Position numbers and translations under genes: made by a program. A model generated the notes under the pieces. The model was not told where the DNA came from. It saw only the letters and a list, made by a program, of their open reading frames with translations, and searched no databases. From IMG/VR virus record IMGVR_UViG_3300029374_000001, positions 128,001 to 192,000 of that record: 64,000 nucleotides of DNA. One strand, 5' to 3'. This DNA comes from a virus. Positions 9,401 to 17,763 of the stretch are shown in pieces (position 1 is the stretch's first letter; each line of letters begins with the position of its first letter).

Positions 9401-12293
9401 CTCTAAGATGAATAAGGATGCTAATGAAGCTATTGCTAAGAAAGAATCTAGATGGGACGATGTACTTGGCTATTTCAAGATTAAGTATAAGACTCTTAAA
9501 GAAGAAACTAAAACTAAAGGCAGAAACTTATTGGGTAAAGCTAAAGGATTCTTAAAAGGTGGATTGATGGGAGCTCTTGGAGATCTCTTCAGAGCTTTAG
9601 ATCCCACTGGCGGATTAGCAACCGATGCACTTGGTTCTGCAGGAAGCTGGATGTGGCGTGGAGCTGGTAGATTAGCCAGAGGTGCTGGTCGATTTATAAG
9701 TAAAGCTGCTAAATTCTTACCAGGTAAATTTAGAGTACTTGGTGGAGTATTAGGCGGATTGGTTGGAGCTGGAGCAGAAGAAGCTGCTATTGCTAAAAAA
9801 GTAGAAACTGCTGAAAATGCTGTTCCTGAATCTGCCGAAGAACCAATTCAGTCATTTATTGCTAAGAAACTGGCTGGTATTAGTGCAGGTATCATTGGAT
9901 TGGCTGGAACTGTAGCCGGTGCTGGTAGTTTTGGCGGAGGTGGTCTCGGAGGAGCAGCAAACCTCGCTGCCGATGTAGCTATGACGGCGGCCGGAAGTAA
10001 AGCTTTATCCAAAGGAGCTAATGCAATCAAAACCAGTACCAAAGTCGCCAGTACAACTACTAAAGCTGCAACAGAATCTGCCGAACATACTGGATTCCTC
10101 GGTAAAGTGGCTGGATATGTCAGAAGTGGTTTGAGTAAAATCTTTGGTGTTGTTGCTAAACTCGTACCAGACAATGTCGCTAAAGTTCTTCCCAGATTAG
10201 GAGAAACGATTGGTAAAAAGATTATGAGTAAATCCGCCCTTCCAAATTTGGGTAAATTAATTGCTAAATTTGTTGGTGGATCTATACCATTCTTTAATGT
10301 AGCTGTCGGAGCATGGATAGCCGGTAATGCTATATTAGACTATAACAATGGTTGTGATAAAGCCGAAGAAATTGCTGGAAGACCATCTGATGGTAGTGAA
10401 ATTGGAGACGGCATAAAATGCATGTGTGGTATCTCCAATGCTATTTCGGAATTCCTTTGTGGTTTTATTTCTCCTCAAACAATCTTCCGTATGATGAATA
10501 GTGTAGCCGGAACCGAAGCTAAAGATTACGTAGACCCAACCAACCCCAGTCAAGCTATGAAAGATAATCAAGATAATAAAGGCTGGGGAGAAACAATAAT
10601 AGACAAAGCTAAAGAGCTCGGATCAAATATATATGATTCTGCTACGAAAATGGTTAGTGGTGCATATAATTGGTTTAAAGATGGAGTTACTAATCTCTTT
10701 GGTGGAAATAAAGATACGTCTAAACCGGGTACCGGTGGCCTATATCCTGGCAGATCTCCGTATTCTCATAACACTAAACCTGCATCTAGATTTGGAAGAA
10801 ATATTCCAAATAGAGTTCCCTATGGTGTTGGTGGCGGAGAAGGAATGGATAATAAATCTGTTATTTGGAATTATCTCAAAGGACTTGGTTTAGGATCTAA
10901 TGCCATTGCTGGTATTATGGGTAATATGGAAGCCGAATCTTCATTTGATCCTACGATTGTTGAAGGTGGTGGACATGCTCAGGAAATAACCGTTAATGGT
11001 AGTACTGGTTATGGCCTTTGCCAATGGACATCTGCTGATAGACAGCAAGGTCTCGTAGATTATGCTAAATCTAAAGGAACTTCTACAAGCGATATCAAAA
11101 CACAGTTAGATTATATGCTTATGGAAGCTGAAAGAGATAATCCCGGTTTAATTCAAAGAATGAATGCGGCTAAGAGTCCTCACGATGCTGCTATATTATT
11201 CCATAGAGAATTTGAACGTTCTGCTGATGATTTAGGAATGGAATCTCGTAGAGGTCGTATGGCCGAAGCTGTTGCTAATGATTTGGGTGGCGGTAATTTC
11301 TTCTCTGGCGCTTGGAAAGGAATCCAAAATGCTTTAGGTTTTGGCGGTAATGGATCTTCACAAGGCCAACAACAATCTGGAGATGGTGGCATCTTTGGAA
11401 TGATCAACGACTGGTTCAAGCAGCAGATGGGTCAATATGACTTCTTGTTTGGATCTGATTCTTCTGCTGGTGGTAGCAGAGGAGGCGGAAGCGGCGGTAA
11501 TGGTGGCGGTGGTGGATCTTTTGGATCTCCGCTTGGAAACGCTGGAAATGTTGAAGGCGGTTCTGCATTATCATACGTTCTGAACGGAATCAAAGCACAG
11601 GATCCTGGTGCTCAAATCACTGCTCCATACGCTGAAGCAAATCACTTTGGTCATGTTCATGGTGGTGTAGATATTGGCGCCAATGCTGGGACTAAGATTC
11701 CTTCACCAGTTAATGGCGTCGTTGTAGACAATAATAGAGTATCTGGAAGCGGATATGGTAATTATATTCAGATCAAAGATGATAAAGGAAACTTCCACCT
11801 ATTCCCACATATGGACGTTCCATCTACATTGTCTGAAGGTACTCGAGTTCATGTTGGAGATTATGTAGGTACAATAGGATCTACTGGTAACTCTACAGGT
11901 CCTCATTTACATTATCAGATTGATCCTCCATCTAATGAAGGAGCGTCTTCTGGTGGAGATCATATCGATCCTGGTTCATACCCCGGACCAACTCCGAGTG
12001 CTAACCAGATGGCTATTGATCTTGGTGCTAATAAAGACTTGGATCGAGCTATTGGTGGACCTAACCCTGGAGATGAACTGAAAACAGATTATACAGATCA
12101 GTTAAATCAGGTTATCCAGTTATTAGGTGCTATCTTAGCAGCTATTCAGGCTACTGGCGGTGCTGGTAATCCAACTCTTGTTGCAGCTGGACCTGGTATT
12201 GATCAAGCAGTAACCAATAAGATTCTTTCCTCTACTCCAACACAAAGTATTGCAAAGATTCTTTCCTCTATGATTGGTTTATCTAAACACTAA
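3426..12293 (+). CDS. giant virion protein, tape-measure/ejection-type, with lysozyme-like and peptidase M23 domains (about 2,950 aa)
   Basis: Single ORF 3312..12293. The likely start is the ATG at 3426 or the TTG at 3444, the latter with a perfect AAGGAGG RBS. Four glycine-zipper TM-like repeats occur (GGPFGLLIGAGLGAANN, GGPVGLLGGMMIGGAVGW, GGPFGILGGMAAGAAIDY, GGPLGAILGGVLGAGAHY). The motif GLYMLS[RK]GEAV is duplicated. A lysozyme-like motif (NAIAGIMGNMEAESSFDPT...GYGLCQWT) and an M23 metallopeptidase motif (HGGVD...HLHYQI) lie near the C-terminus. Confidence 0.8.
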   Translation: MKGGIILPKLPIVKNYLKNVAKSVKYVAINEVREAFPMPFSMAEANADLTHEARAMFRNKGNIKRVQNQFLQSDVFKAGNEIYRNSMSSIKTGKFYDKARSDKADNAFFKKMMGGEDFDFDLSEDINDVDTESQDDSQASLDSLGDDLDNLGLGIDSSLKTTASAISATVMDSAKYTSETVKNTAAISYMQSLRTMKVLEAGFSSVSAGMKNIIKFQNERLNTHIQNATKFFDTSTNLLTEQNAMMKEMLEMQRNLYNSTRNGNINRRESHNAYNDIMGFGGAFDAKKYLKNIKSNIINSAEFSPFQMLWDMKDLLMANPLEFVVSGTLINLMGGDKVKRQLGKLQKTMSGLFGHFLNQMDKWSNEGGIKGFLGSILGINQSEKARVDTANFERGAMQFNGIAQKAITDVIPGYLARIESALTGQEERFYDMKTGRWTNVTGIHKQFSSRYHSSDNAGMDEITNVFKKVLSNTDLKNINGNSYSQEEVSKIVNVVLNGILKNNGSYKDFDNAKDFFKQFGYTTGNSKRDNNLEDFVRAIAINLNHSTRAGLVHDIRSAKGAKNNLANDISNDPYDLMRKLMDNGLGGWKYADRAVDDLSYGYTDSYEERMYSGGTGGRGRRNKRKAQKLSPGPSLTTKYVAPTSVKKNDFNVFATFDIDDINAFPEGRDLIKYITDLDHVSSISGMNKSVINFINKITEFGISSYPNNSFEELIYYVLNGGDESFKAIRKAATSFYALPIPVRVFLEELYYKIHPKDKITSSEMAAKEAAKDDDYENNSKTLGDYKGNGFLDKLKRAKGFDKFGVIKAYTQDLAKTPMHAMAGIIAKVDSLIYTAFFGDKRVKDANGKEITGFIQRIGYEIGTTFTKARDWLKEKLFGEGFGRKFREGATQFGQRMFSGIKSSLGSFYNEVVGSENAADDVISNQDASKINLPGKAKGMGYVPHTGLYMLSRGEAVVPSKDNPDNPFRGSASIARDMANEKAVGASMGINVVHGYGKGTGKRKLAKAKKLSSADTEIHATNVVVSADGEGSSEENKSIYSKAWESLKKQYPAALGEGTATALVGGLIGGPFGLLIGAGLGAANNILKSNEAASELLFGDTKKLSIYGRIGGGLTKLLPKSMLAKIEKTKKTATDIKNFGIGGGVLGLASAALGGPVGLLGGMMIGGAVGWLRNNAEYQNKMFGRTIFSKDKFNLSKWLKEHPKLKKMGIGGVVGGFIGGPFGILGGMAAGAAIDYVSNSTKFQDFLFGPRKKDVNGRDTNERDFESGFLGKSLNKMIAPIRNFGDKFADYVREGFVEPMQRAIVPVGKAMQVGTKNTYKLVERIMSTIFSPKLKLPFWKNFGRWMETNKKSKLLTGMLGGGAAGYMTGGPLGAILGGVLGAGAHYTGVDKWMVKAGAWLGKRPGWLLDKGTNRLNKWLINSGNADHMTAKERINFMDTHGYSYTGSKGQAMQSNDRLMMDSSLAEIKVMKDYVDLIQMVKSGKKMTKEKVAAKVIKMIKDSPLDDPSQREIVDLIRGIQENSTDKAAISASVSSIIGIINESDIPDHKKQDLISKVQDVVPLVAQIGAVSEEAKKRISNIKGIKYTTKKGKTGYFNLDAYEGDLSKASSYLEKEAKAKIEAGDTKENDPEVMLLDESKIQNQLTRESNDLLRVIAQLTAGEKVDLNGIGKYSSFGLATSASASGVESGTKVRSDLDAIGRMQTVIDFNRKFNTVFDATNDDVYKKHFSNKNNLEFVMNYSGHISPRMANYIRMLPSKITKEEFERLVYIDNHTSISEQSMDMVAAVLRLKDSEWKNRIKPLAKHGFPLTGSLQQIIDMDKEDYDHMLKEFTVAHKAIESTELGKTVTQEDWVKNHKDINRFNTGQHSRITLFNDQNSTTKTGLSGAAAGMFLDPTGVSAVAAAAMYALQKIIPSMDFFQTHNAGDHAQELAETIKGKARGGYISKSGLYMLSKGEAVRGFAGGTSTGKVIEMVDGHPKEFKYTSEGSLEETNSKMNKDANEAIAKKESRWDDVLGYFKIKYKTLKEETKTKGRNLLGKAKGFLKGGLMGALGDLFRALDPTGGLATDALGSAGSWMWRGAGRLARGAGRFISKAAKFLPGKFRVLGGVLGGLVGAGAEEAAIAKKVETAENAVPESAEEPIQSFIAKKLAGISAGIIGLAGTVAGAGSFGGGGLGGAANLAADVAMTAAGSKALSKGANAIKTSTKVASTTTKAATESAEHTGFLGKVAGYVRSGLSKIFGVVAKLVPDNVAKVLPRLGETIGKKIMSKSALPNLGKLIAKFVGGSIPFFNVAVGAWIAGNAILDYNNGCDKAEEIAGRPSDGSEIGDGIKCMCGISNAISEFLCGFISPQTIFRMMNSVAGTEAKDYVDPTNPSQAMKDNQDNKGWGETIIDKAKELGSNIYDSATKMVSGAYNWFKDGVTNLFGGNKDTSKPGTGGLYPGRSPYSHNTKPASRFGRNIPNRVPYGVGGGEGMDNKSVIWNYLKGLGLGSNAIAGIMGNMEAESSFDPTIVEGGGHAQEITVNGSTGYGLCQWTSADRQQGLVDYAKSKGTSTSDIKTQLDYMLMEAERDNPGLIQRMNAAKSPHDAAILFHREFERSADDLGMESRRGRMAEAVANDLGGGNFFSGAWKGIQNALGFGGNGSSQGQQQSGDGGIFGMINDWFKQQMGQYDFLFGSDSSAGGSRGGGSGGNGGGGGSFGSPLGNAGNVEGGSALSYVLNGIKAQDPGAQITAPYAEANHFGHVHGGVDIGANAGTKIPSPVNGVVVDNNRVSGSGYGNYIQIKDDKGNFHLFPHMDVPSTLSEGTRVHVGDYVGTIGSTGNSTGPHLHYQIDPPSNEGASSGGDHIDPGSYPGPTPSANQMAIDLGANKDLDRAIGGPNPGDELKTDYTDQLNQVIQLLGAILAAIQATGGAGNPTLVAAGPGIDQAVTNKILSSTPTQSIAKILSSMIGLSKH

Positions 12294-12306
12294 TATACTA
12301 TAATAT

Positions 12307-12339
12307 GCTTGGGAAGCTCAAATATTTGAGCTTCCCAAC
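12307..12339 (+). terminator. rho-independent terminator (GCTTGGGAAGCTCA-aatatt-TGAGCTTCCCAA followed by a T-run)
   Basis: Long perfect stem directly after the giant gene's stop, followed by TTATATTAATTTTTT. Confidence 0.6.
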
Positions 12340-12380
12340 ATTATATTAATTTTTTACTGAGAGAAAAGAAAGGAGTAATC

Positions 12381-14522
12381 ATGCAGCTGATCGTAAAATC
12401 AAACTCATTAGATATACATGAAGATTGCAACTTTTCCTCAAAAGTTATACATAAACTAAGCAAAGATGATCCCATTATCAAATTAGCTAATGTAGGATTA
12501 TGGATGAAAATATCATATAAAGAATATACTGGATGGGTATATCCATTTAATTCTAAAGATGGGTTTTGTATTGTAGATAAAGATCTTATTAAAGAGAATT
12601 CTATTAAAGTAGGATCTGTATGCACAATCAAATCTAATACAGGAGACTTAGTCACATATAGGGATAAACATAAACGAGTCTTAACGGTTGTAGAAGATAA
12701 GACCAGTTTATATTTTTCTATTGTAGGGGAAGCTTCTAATGGATATGTATATATTAGAAGCAGAACTTCTGATAAGCAATACGAAGTTAAGAAATCAGAT
12801 ATCACTATTATAGAACAAAAAGCAGACCATAAATTTTACAGTTCTAACGCTGCTGAACCAAATGGTGGCGGTGGAGGTAAAATACCAGAAGATAAATCGG
12901 TTACTACTAAAGCGGCTGATTTTTTTAATCAACGGTTTTCTAATAGTGATATAGAAAAAATTCAAGATTCTGTAAACAGCTATTTTTATTCAAAGAACTC
13001 TGAATCCTTAGATAATGTGGTCACTTTAACTAAGATTAATTTGAATTCGCTTAGATCTATCTTTGGTATGCCCTATCAATATCTTCCAGTAGCTGATTTA
13101 AGAGTAAAAAGTACCGGGGTAGGATATGAATCATCCACTACTCCTTTAACAGATATTGCTGCTATAGGTATTAAATATAGAGAAAAGATTTTATCTCGTA
13201 TGCCATTCTGTATCTTCATGCCCGGTATGGTTGATTTCATGCCTAATTATAATTCTGCTGAAAAAGAGGATATATTGAAAGGCGTCGTTGATGAAAATAG
13301 TACCTGGAATGGTTTAAGAAAAGTTGCTGAAGGAAAAACCAGAGGTTCTTATTATAACTTTTATCCTGCATATTCTTTATACTATAGATACGTGAATGCT
13401 ATTTGTAGAATGGCTGCTATCTTTATGGGTGTAGGAGATCGAGTTGTATATGGAAATACTCCTCTCAGCAAGTTTGACTGGAGATCATTATCTCCAGACA
13501 CAATTTCTAAATCTTCTTTTTATCATGGCTCTGTTTTGTACTATCTGAATACAGAAAACCAGATATCAGAAAGTTTCAGCAACTCTACTACACAATCTCA
13601 ATTAGCACAAAAAACAAATGCGGTATCCGAACAAGCCAGAGAATTAATGTTCCTATCTAATACGGCAGTTGATGTAACTGCAGCCGCTTCAAAAGTAGCT
13701 AGTAGTGCTGTTAGCTCTGGGCTAAATAATACACAGCAGTTGTTTGAGAATATCAAAGCCAAAGTAGGAAGCGGTATGAGTTCTTCTCAGGGTGCTGTAG
13801 CCGCTATATTGAATGGATTGCATAATACTATCGCTGGTTCTAAAATGTTATTCCCAGAACTTTGGCAAGATTCTCAGTTCAGTAGAGATTATTCGGTCAA
13901 TGTTAAATTTGGGTCTCCAGATAATGACCCATTATCTATTTATCTGAATATTATTGTTCCACTAATTCACACGGTTTGTTTAGCAGCTCCTAAATATACT
14001 GGCCCAAATACATATACTGCTCCATTTTTGGTTAGAGCATTCTATCAAGGATTCTTTAATGTAAATATGGGTATTATTACAGATCTTTCTATTACTAAAG
14101 GTAATGAAGGTGCTTGGACATATGATAACGTTCCAACTACATTAGAACTTCGTATTAGTATTAAAGATCTTTTTGGAACTAACTTTATGAGTATGGGACA
14201 GAATGAAAATAATATGGATCTGAATGTACTATCTAATCAACCATTTGTAGATTATATAGCTAATACTTGTGGTATTAATATAGACGAACCGGATTATCCA
14301 AGAGCATGGAAAATGATGAAGATGATCCTTAGTCCCGAAGCTAAGGTTAAAGATACAGTTCGGTCTGTACGGGAAGCGTTCTTTGAAACTTATACACAAG
14401 CAACTGCTCGTACATATGGTTCTATTATTGGATTGCATCCTGGAAATATTCGATTGTTTGATCTTGTTACTATTGGTACGGGTCAAGCCACTCAAGCTAT
14501 ATTAAATAAGATAAATAAGTAA
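12381..14522 (+). CDS. hypothetical protein (713 aa), probably virion-associated given its position after the tape-measure-like gene
   Basis: Long ORF with RBS AAAGGAG. No catalytic motif recognised. Confidence 0.6.
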   Translation: MQLIVKSNSLDIHEDCNFSSKVIHKLSKDDPIIKLANVGLWMKISYKEYTGWVYPFNSKDGFCIVDKDLIKENSIKVGSVCTIKSNTGDLVTYRDKHKRVLTVVEDKTSLYFSIVGEASNGYVYIRSRTSDKQYEVKKSDITIIEQKADHKFYSSNAAEPNGGGGGKIPEDKSVTTKAADFFNQRFSNSDIEKIQDSVNSYFYSKNSESLDNVVTLTKINLNSLRSIFGMPYQYLPVADLRVKSTGVGYESSTTPLTDIAAIGIKYREKILSRMPFCIFMPGMVDFMPNYNSAEKEDILKGVVDENSTWNGLRKVAEGKTRGSYYNFYPAYSLYYRYVNAICRMAAIFMGVGDRVVYGNTPLSKFDWRSLSPDTISKSSFYHGSVLYYLNTENQISESFSNSTTQSQLAQKTNAVSEQARELMFLSNTAVDVTAAASKVASSAVSSGLNNTQQLFENIKAKVGSGMSSSQGAVAAILNGLHNTIAGSKMLFPELWQDSQFSRDYSVNVKFGSPDNDPLSIYLNIIVPLIHTVCLAAPKYTGPNTYTAPFLVRAFYQGFFNVNMGIITDLSITKGNEGAWTYDNVPTTLELRISIKDLFGTNFMSMGQNENNMDLNVLSNQPFVDYIANTCGINIDEPDYPRAWKMMKMILSPEAKVKDTVRSVREAFFETYTQATARTYGSIIGLHPGNIRLFDLVTIGTGQATQAILNKINK

Positions 14523-14536
14523 ATTAAACAAAACAT

Positions 14537-14566
14537 AATCTTGAAGAGCATTAATGCTCTTCAAGA
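14537..14566 (+). terminator. hairpin terminator (ATCTTGAAGAGCATTAATGCTCTTCAAGAT)
   Basis: Perfect 13-bp palindrome immediately after the stop of the 12381..14522 gene. Confidence 0.55.
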
Positions 14567-14590
14567 TTTATAGTATCAGGTGGTAGATAT

Positions 14591-15298
14591 ATGAAGAAAC
14601 GCAATCAGAAAATGAAAGAATACGAATCTAAGTATTCCAAAATACCCAGAGATTATAACGAACGTTTAGCTTGGATGTATGATAAACTTCATATCAATTC
14701 AGTTAAAGCAGATACAGTCATAGCCAATTATAATACAATGAAAGATATATTGTATTATAAACGATACAAAGTCATTCTGTATGAAGTTCCAGAAGGATCT
14801 CCCAGACCCAGAATGAGATTAATTAATAGAAAAAACTTTGCTAATATGGCTATGAAGAACTCTAACTTTATTCAAGTCTATTCTCCTGTGGGAGCAGAAG
14901 ATAATAAGTTTATGAAGAAATTAGTATCCAACCAAGAGTTCAATCAATTACATCATTTGATTTATACTCCCTGTATTGTACATTATGAGGCTTATTTAAA
15001 GACCCCCAGTACATATAATGCAGTCGATACATATTTAGCCGAATTAGGAATTCATAGGCCCATAAACAAGCCTGATTGGGACAATATAGGAAAGAAATAT
15101 TGTGATATGACCAATGAGAACTTATGGGTGGATGATAGGCTGGTCATTAAAGGAACAGTAGAAAAATATTATTCTATATTGCCTAGAATAGAAATTACGA
15201 TTGATTATCTGAATATGCTTACCAATAGTAAGCAGGCAGAATCGATTAGTAAAGCTTATAAAGGCGATATTCGATATTTTGGTGATGGTAGGTGTTAA
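14591..15298 (+). CDS. hypothetical protein (235 aa)
   Basis: ORF with RBS AGGTGG upstream of the ATG. Confidence 0.6.
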   Translation: MKKRNQKMKEYESKYSKIPRDYNERLAWMYDKLHINSVKADTVIANYNTMKDILYYKRYKVILYEVPEGSPRPRMRLINRKNFANMAMKNSNFIQVYSPVGAEDNKFMKKLVSNQEFNQLHHLIYTPCIVHYEAYLKTPSTYNAVDTYLAELGIHRPINKPDWDNIGKKYCDMTNENLWVDDRLVIKGTVEKYYSILPRIEITIDYLNMLTNSKQAESISKAYKGDIRYFGDGRC

Positions 15299-15299
15299 A

Positions 15300-15689
15300 A
15301 TGAATTGTGATAGTGATAATCTTCATGATACAATATTGAATGATTCTAAGAAATACAACCGGCTTGGCTGTATAGAATATAAATTAGAAGAAATTGATTT
15401 CTTTAATAAAGAACGAGTCGATAGACTAATGGAAATTATTAAAGAAGATGAAAAATTAAAAGATATGGTGATAGATATTAAAGTTCTTCCTCATCACAAG
15501 ATATGGTTTATGATTGATAAATCTTATAATGAAAGAGAACTCAATTATTTCCCTCTTATATCTGCATGTATTAAAAAACTCTTAACGGAAAATAAAGAAT
15601 TCTTAATGGATAAATTAGGATCACAAGATGCAGTAAGACTTGTGTTCGATAGTATTATTCTCTTATGCCAATTTGTATGTATAAAATAA
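15300..15689 (+). CDS. hypothetical protein (about 129 aa)
   Basis: ORF 15279..15689. The likely start is the ATG at 15300, after a GGTAGGTG RBS that overlaps the end of the upstream gene. Confidence 0.5.
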   Translation: MNCDSDNLHDTILNDSKKYNRLGCIEYKLEEIDFFNKERVDRLMEIIKEDEKLKDMVIDIKVLPHHKIWFMIDKSYNERELNYFPLISACIKKLLTENKEFLMDKLGSQDAVRLVFDSIILLCQFVCIK

Positions 15690-15702
15690 AAAGCAATAGA
15701 TA

Positions 15703-15730
15703 TCCATAGACTCATATGAGTCTATGGATA
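15703..15730. terminator. bidirectional hairpin terminator (ATCCATAGACTCATATGAGTCTATGGAT) between convergent genes
   Basis: Perfect palindrome between the + gene ending at 15689 and the - gene ending at 15742. It belongs to the CCATAG..ATAT..CTATGG hairpin family. Confidence 0.6.
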
Positions 15731-15741
15731 ATTTTATATGT

Positions 15742-16647
15742 TTATTTCAATGAACTAATATATGCGTCGATAACAGATTCATCGATCTTTACTAAACCAA
15801 GTACGTTGGCAGTTTCCATAACTGTATAGATAGATGCAGTATCATCAATGATCTTATCCATATTAACGTCACCAGATTCTAAGAGATATTTGTCTTTCAG
15901 ATCTGGATTGGTCATAGCTGCATTGGTAAGAGCTGTAACCATAGCTTCAAATATGGACATTGGAGCATTTTTAATACGGGATACTTGAAGCTTAGCATTT
16001 TCTTGTGCTGTCTTAGCATCCTTTTCTGTCGTATCTTTCTTACCTACAAAGTCTTTAACGTTTGTATAGATCTTCTTAATACGATCTGTTGCATTGTTTC
16101 TAGCATCTATAAAATTGGTTGTTGCTTTTTCTACACGGTCAGCAATATTCTGACGAATCTTATCTGGAGTCAGTTTAGCAATATCGTGATCCAGATTCTT
16201 CATCAAATTATCTGTAATGGTAGATTCTACAGCTTCATTGTATCCTTTAATCTTATTCAGATTAGCATACTGAAGTCTTGCTTCTGAGATATATTTGTCC
16301 ATCAGATATTGATAAGTTGCTTCTATATAAGTAGCCGGTTTGATTGGCTTATTATGTAATTCGTTCCTTTTCTTTTCTACTAATTCGTTGATGAATGCTG
16401 TACCAACTTTCTTGGATTCTTCCCCAAGTCTGAGTTTATCTGCAGCAGCTTCAAAGTTTTTATAAAGAGCTTCTTTGGTTAATGCTGCATCTCTATCAGA
16501 TTCTGTAGGAATATATTTTGCAATACGGTTAGCATCTGCCGATGGAGCATTTACCATCTCAGGAGAATTCGGATCCATACCAGCCATAAGTTTGCTGTCC
16601 TGAGCATTGATCTTTTTCATTGTATCAATTGTTTTTGTCAGATTCAT
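15742..16647 (-). CDS. hypothetical protein (301 aa)
   Basis: Long ORF on the minus strand, in a co-oriented operon with the genes at 16669..19119. Confidence 0.6.
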   Translation of the reverse strand: MNLTKTIDTMKKINAQDSKLMAGMDPNSPEMVNAPSADANRIAKYIPTESDRDAALTKEALYKNFEAAADKLRLGEESKKVGTAFINELVEKKRNELHNKPIKPATYIEATYQYLMDKYISEARLQYANLNKIKGYNEAVESTITDNLMKNLDHDIAKLTPDKIRQNIADRVEKATTNFIDARNNATDRIKKIYTNVKDFVGKKDTTEKDAKTAQENAKLQVSRIKNAPMSIFEAMVTALTNAAMTNPDLKDKYLLESGDVNMDKIIDDTASIYTVMETANVLGLVKIDESVIDAYISSLK

Positions 16648-16668
16648 AGTCTTATATTCTCCTTTCTT

Positions 16669-17751
16669 TTAGAATAATGATGGCTGTCCATCTAAATCGC
16701 TCGGATTATCAACTTCATCTTTAGTAATCTTCAGTTTAGAATCTTTTTCAAGCTGTTTATATACATTCTTCTGAGCTGGTACATATTTAACAGCCAACAT
16801 ATCGGCCATTTTACCCATACGATTAGCCCATTTTCTCTGGTTATCGGCAACTTCTTTATAGTCAACTTCTCCAGTATTTCTCATAGAACGAAGACGAATT
16901 TCGTTGGCCTTAAGAAGTTCTTCCTGTACAGAGAACCAGTCAGACAGATGAGCTCTGAAAGAATAGAAGAGATAAGAAAGATCTCTAAGGATTGGGAGTA
17001 CAACCATAGCTACAATTCCAACCAGTCCTACGATAGCCATAGAACCAATAGTAACAGTTGTATTCCATACACCAGTTCCGATATCTTTTGCTACATCTCC
17101 AATACCTTCCTGTACATTAACCATCTCATAAGATTCGTGTCTTGTTTTAGCTGTAACAAGAGCTTTGAATGCTTTATCGATCTGGCCTTTATCAACAGCA
17201 GCATTGAATTTAACCAATTCAGAGTGAACCAAATAGAATTTGGTTTTATAAGTCTGTAAGTTGGTAATTTCTAATCCTACTGTAGAATTCGGATTCTTAA
17301 TGAACTCTACACATACGGTTGTCATAAACCCAATATCAGCAATAATGGCCAGAAGAATAGTGTCATAGAAGTATTTAACCAGTGGCACATTATTTCTGAA
17401 TGCAGAAGTAAATAAAGGTCTAAGCTCTTCTACATTCTTCATAGCTCTGGCAATTTCATTGGTTTCTTCAATGCCATTACCACTTTCCTGAGCAATCATA
17501 ACCAATGTTTCAATACATTCTTTGGTCTGTTTATAATTCTTCATTCTGGTGACGTCTCCACCAGATCTTTCAATTTCCTTGAAATCCATATCTTCGAGTT
17601 TATTGGTGATCATTTTATAAAGCCGATTAGCCAGAATAACAATGGCATTCTTTTGTTCAGCTTCATTAAATGAATGAACTGTTTTGAATACTTCCAAGTC
17701 ATGCATATCCAATGCTTCATTGAAAATTTCAAGAACTCCAGTCTTTAACAT
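16669..17751 (-). CDS. hypothetical protein with one predicted TM helix (360 aa)
   Basis: ORF with RBS GGAGG. The hydrophobic segment is IGSMAIVGLVGIVAMVVLPIL. Confidence 0.6.
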   Translation of the reverse strand: MLKTGVLEIFNEALDMHDLEVFKTVHSFNEAEQKNAIVILANRLYKMITNKLEDMDFKEIERSGGDVTRMKNYKQTKECIETLVMIAQESGNGIEETNEIARAMKNVEELRPLFTSAFRNNVPLVKYFYDTILLAIIADIGFMTTVCVEFIKNPNSTVGLEITNLQTYKTKFYLVHSELVKFNAAVDKGQIDKAFKALVTAKTRHESYEMVNVQEGIGDVAKDIGTGVWNTTVTIGSMAIVGLVGIVAMVVLPILRDLSYLFYSFRAHLSDWFSVQEELLKANEIRLRSMRNTGEVDYKEVADNQRKWANRMGKMADMLAVKYVPAQKNVYKQLEKDSKLKITKDEVDNPSDLDGQPSLF

Positions 17752-17763
17752 CGGAAATCCTCC

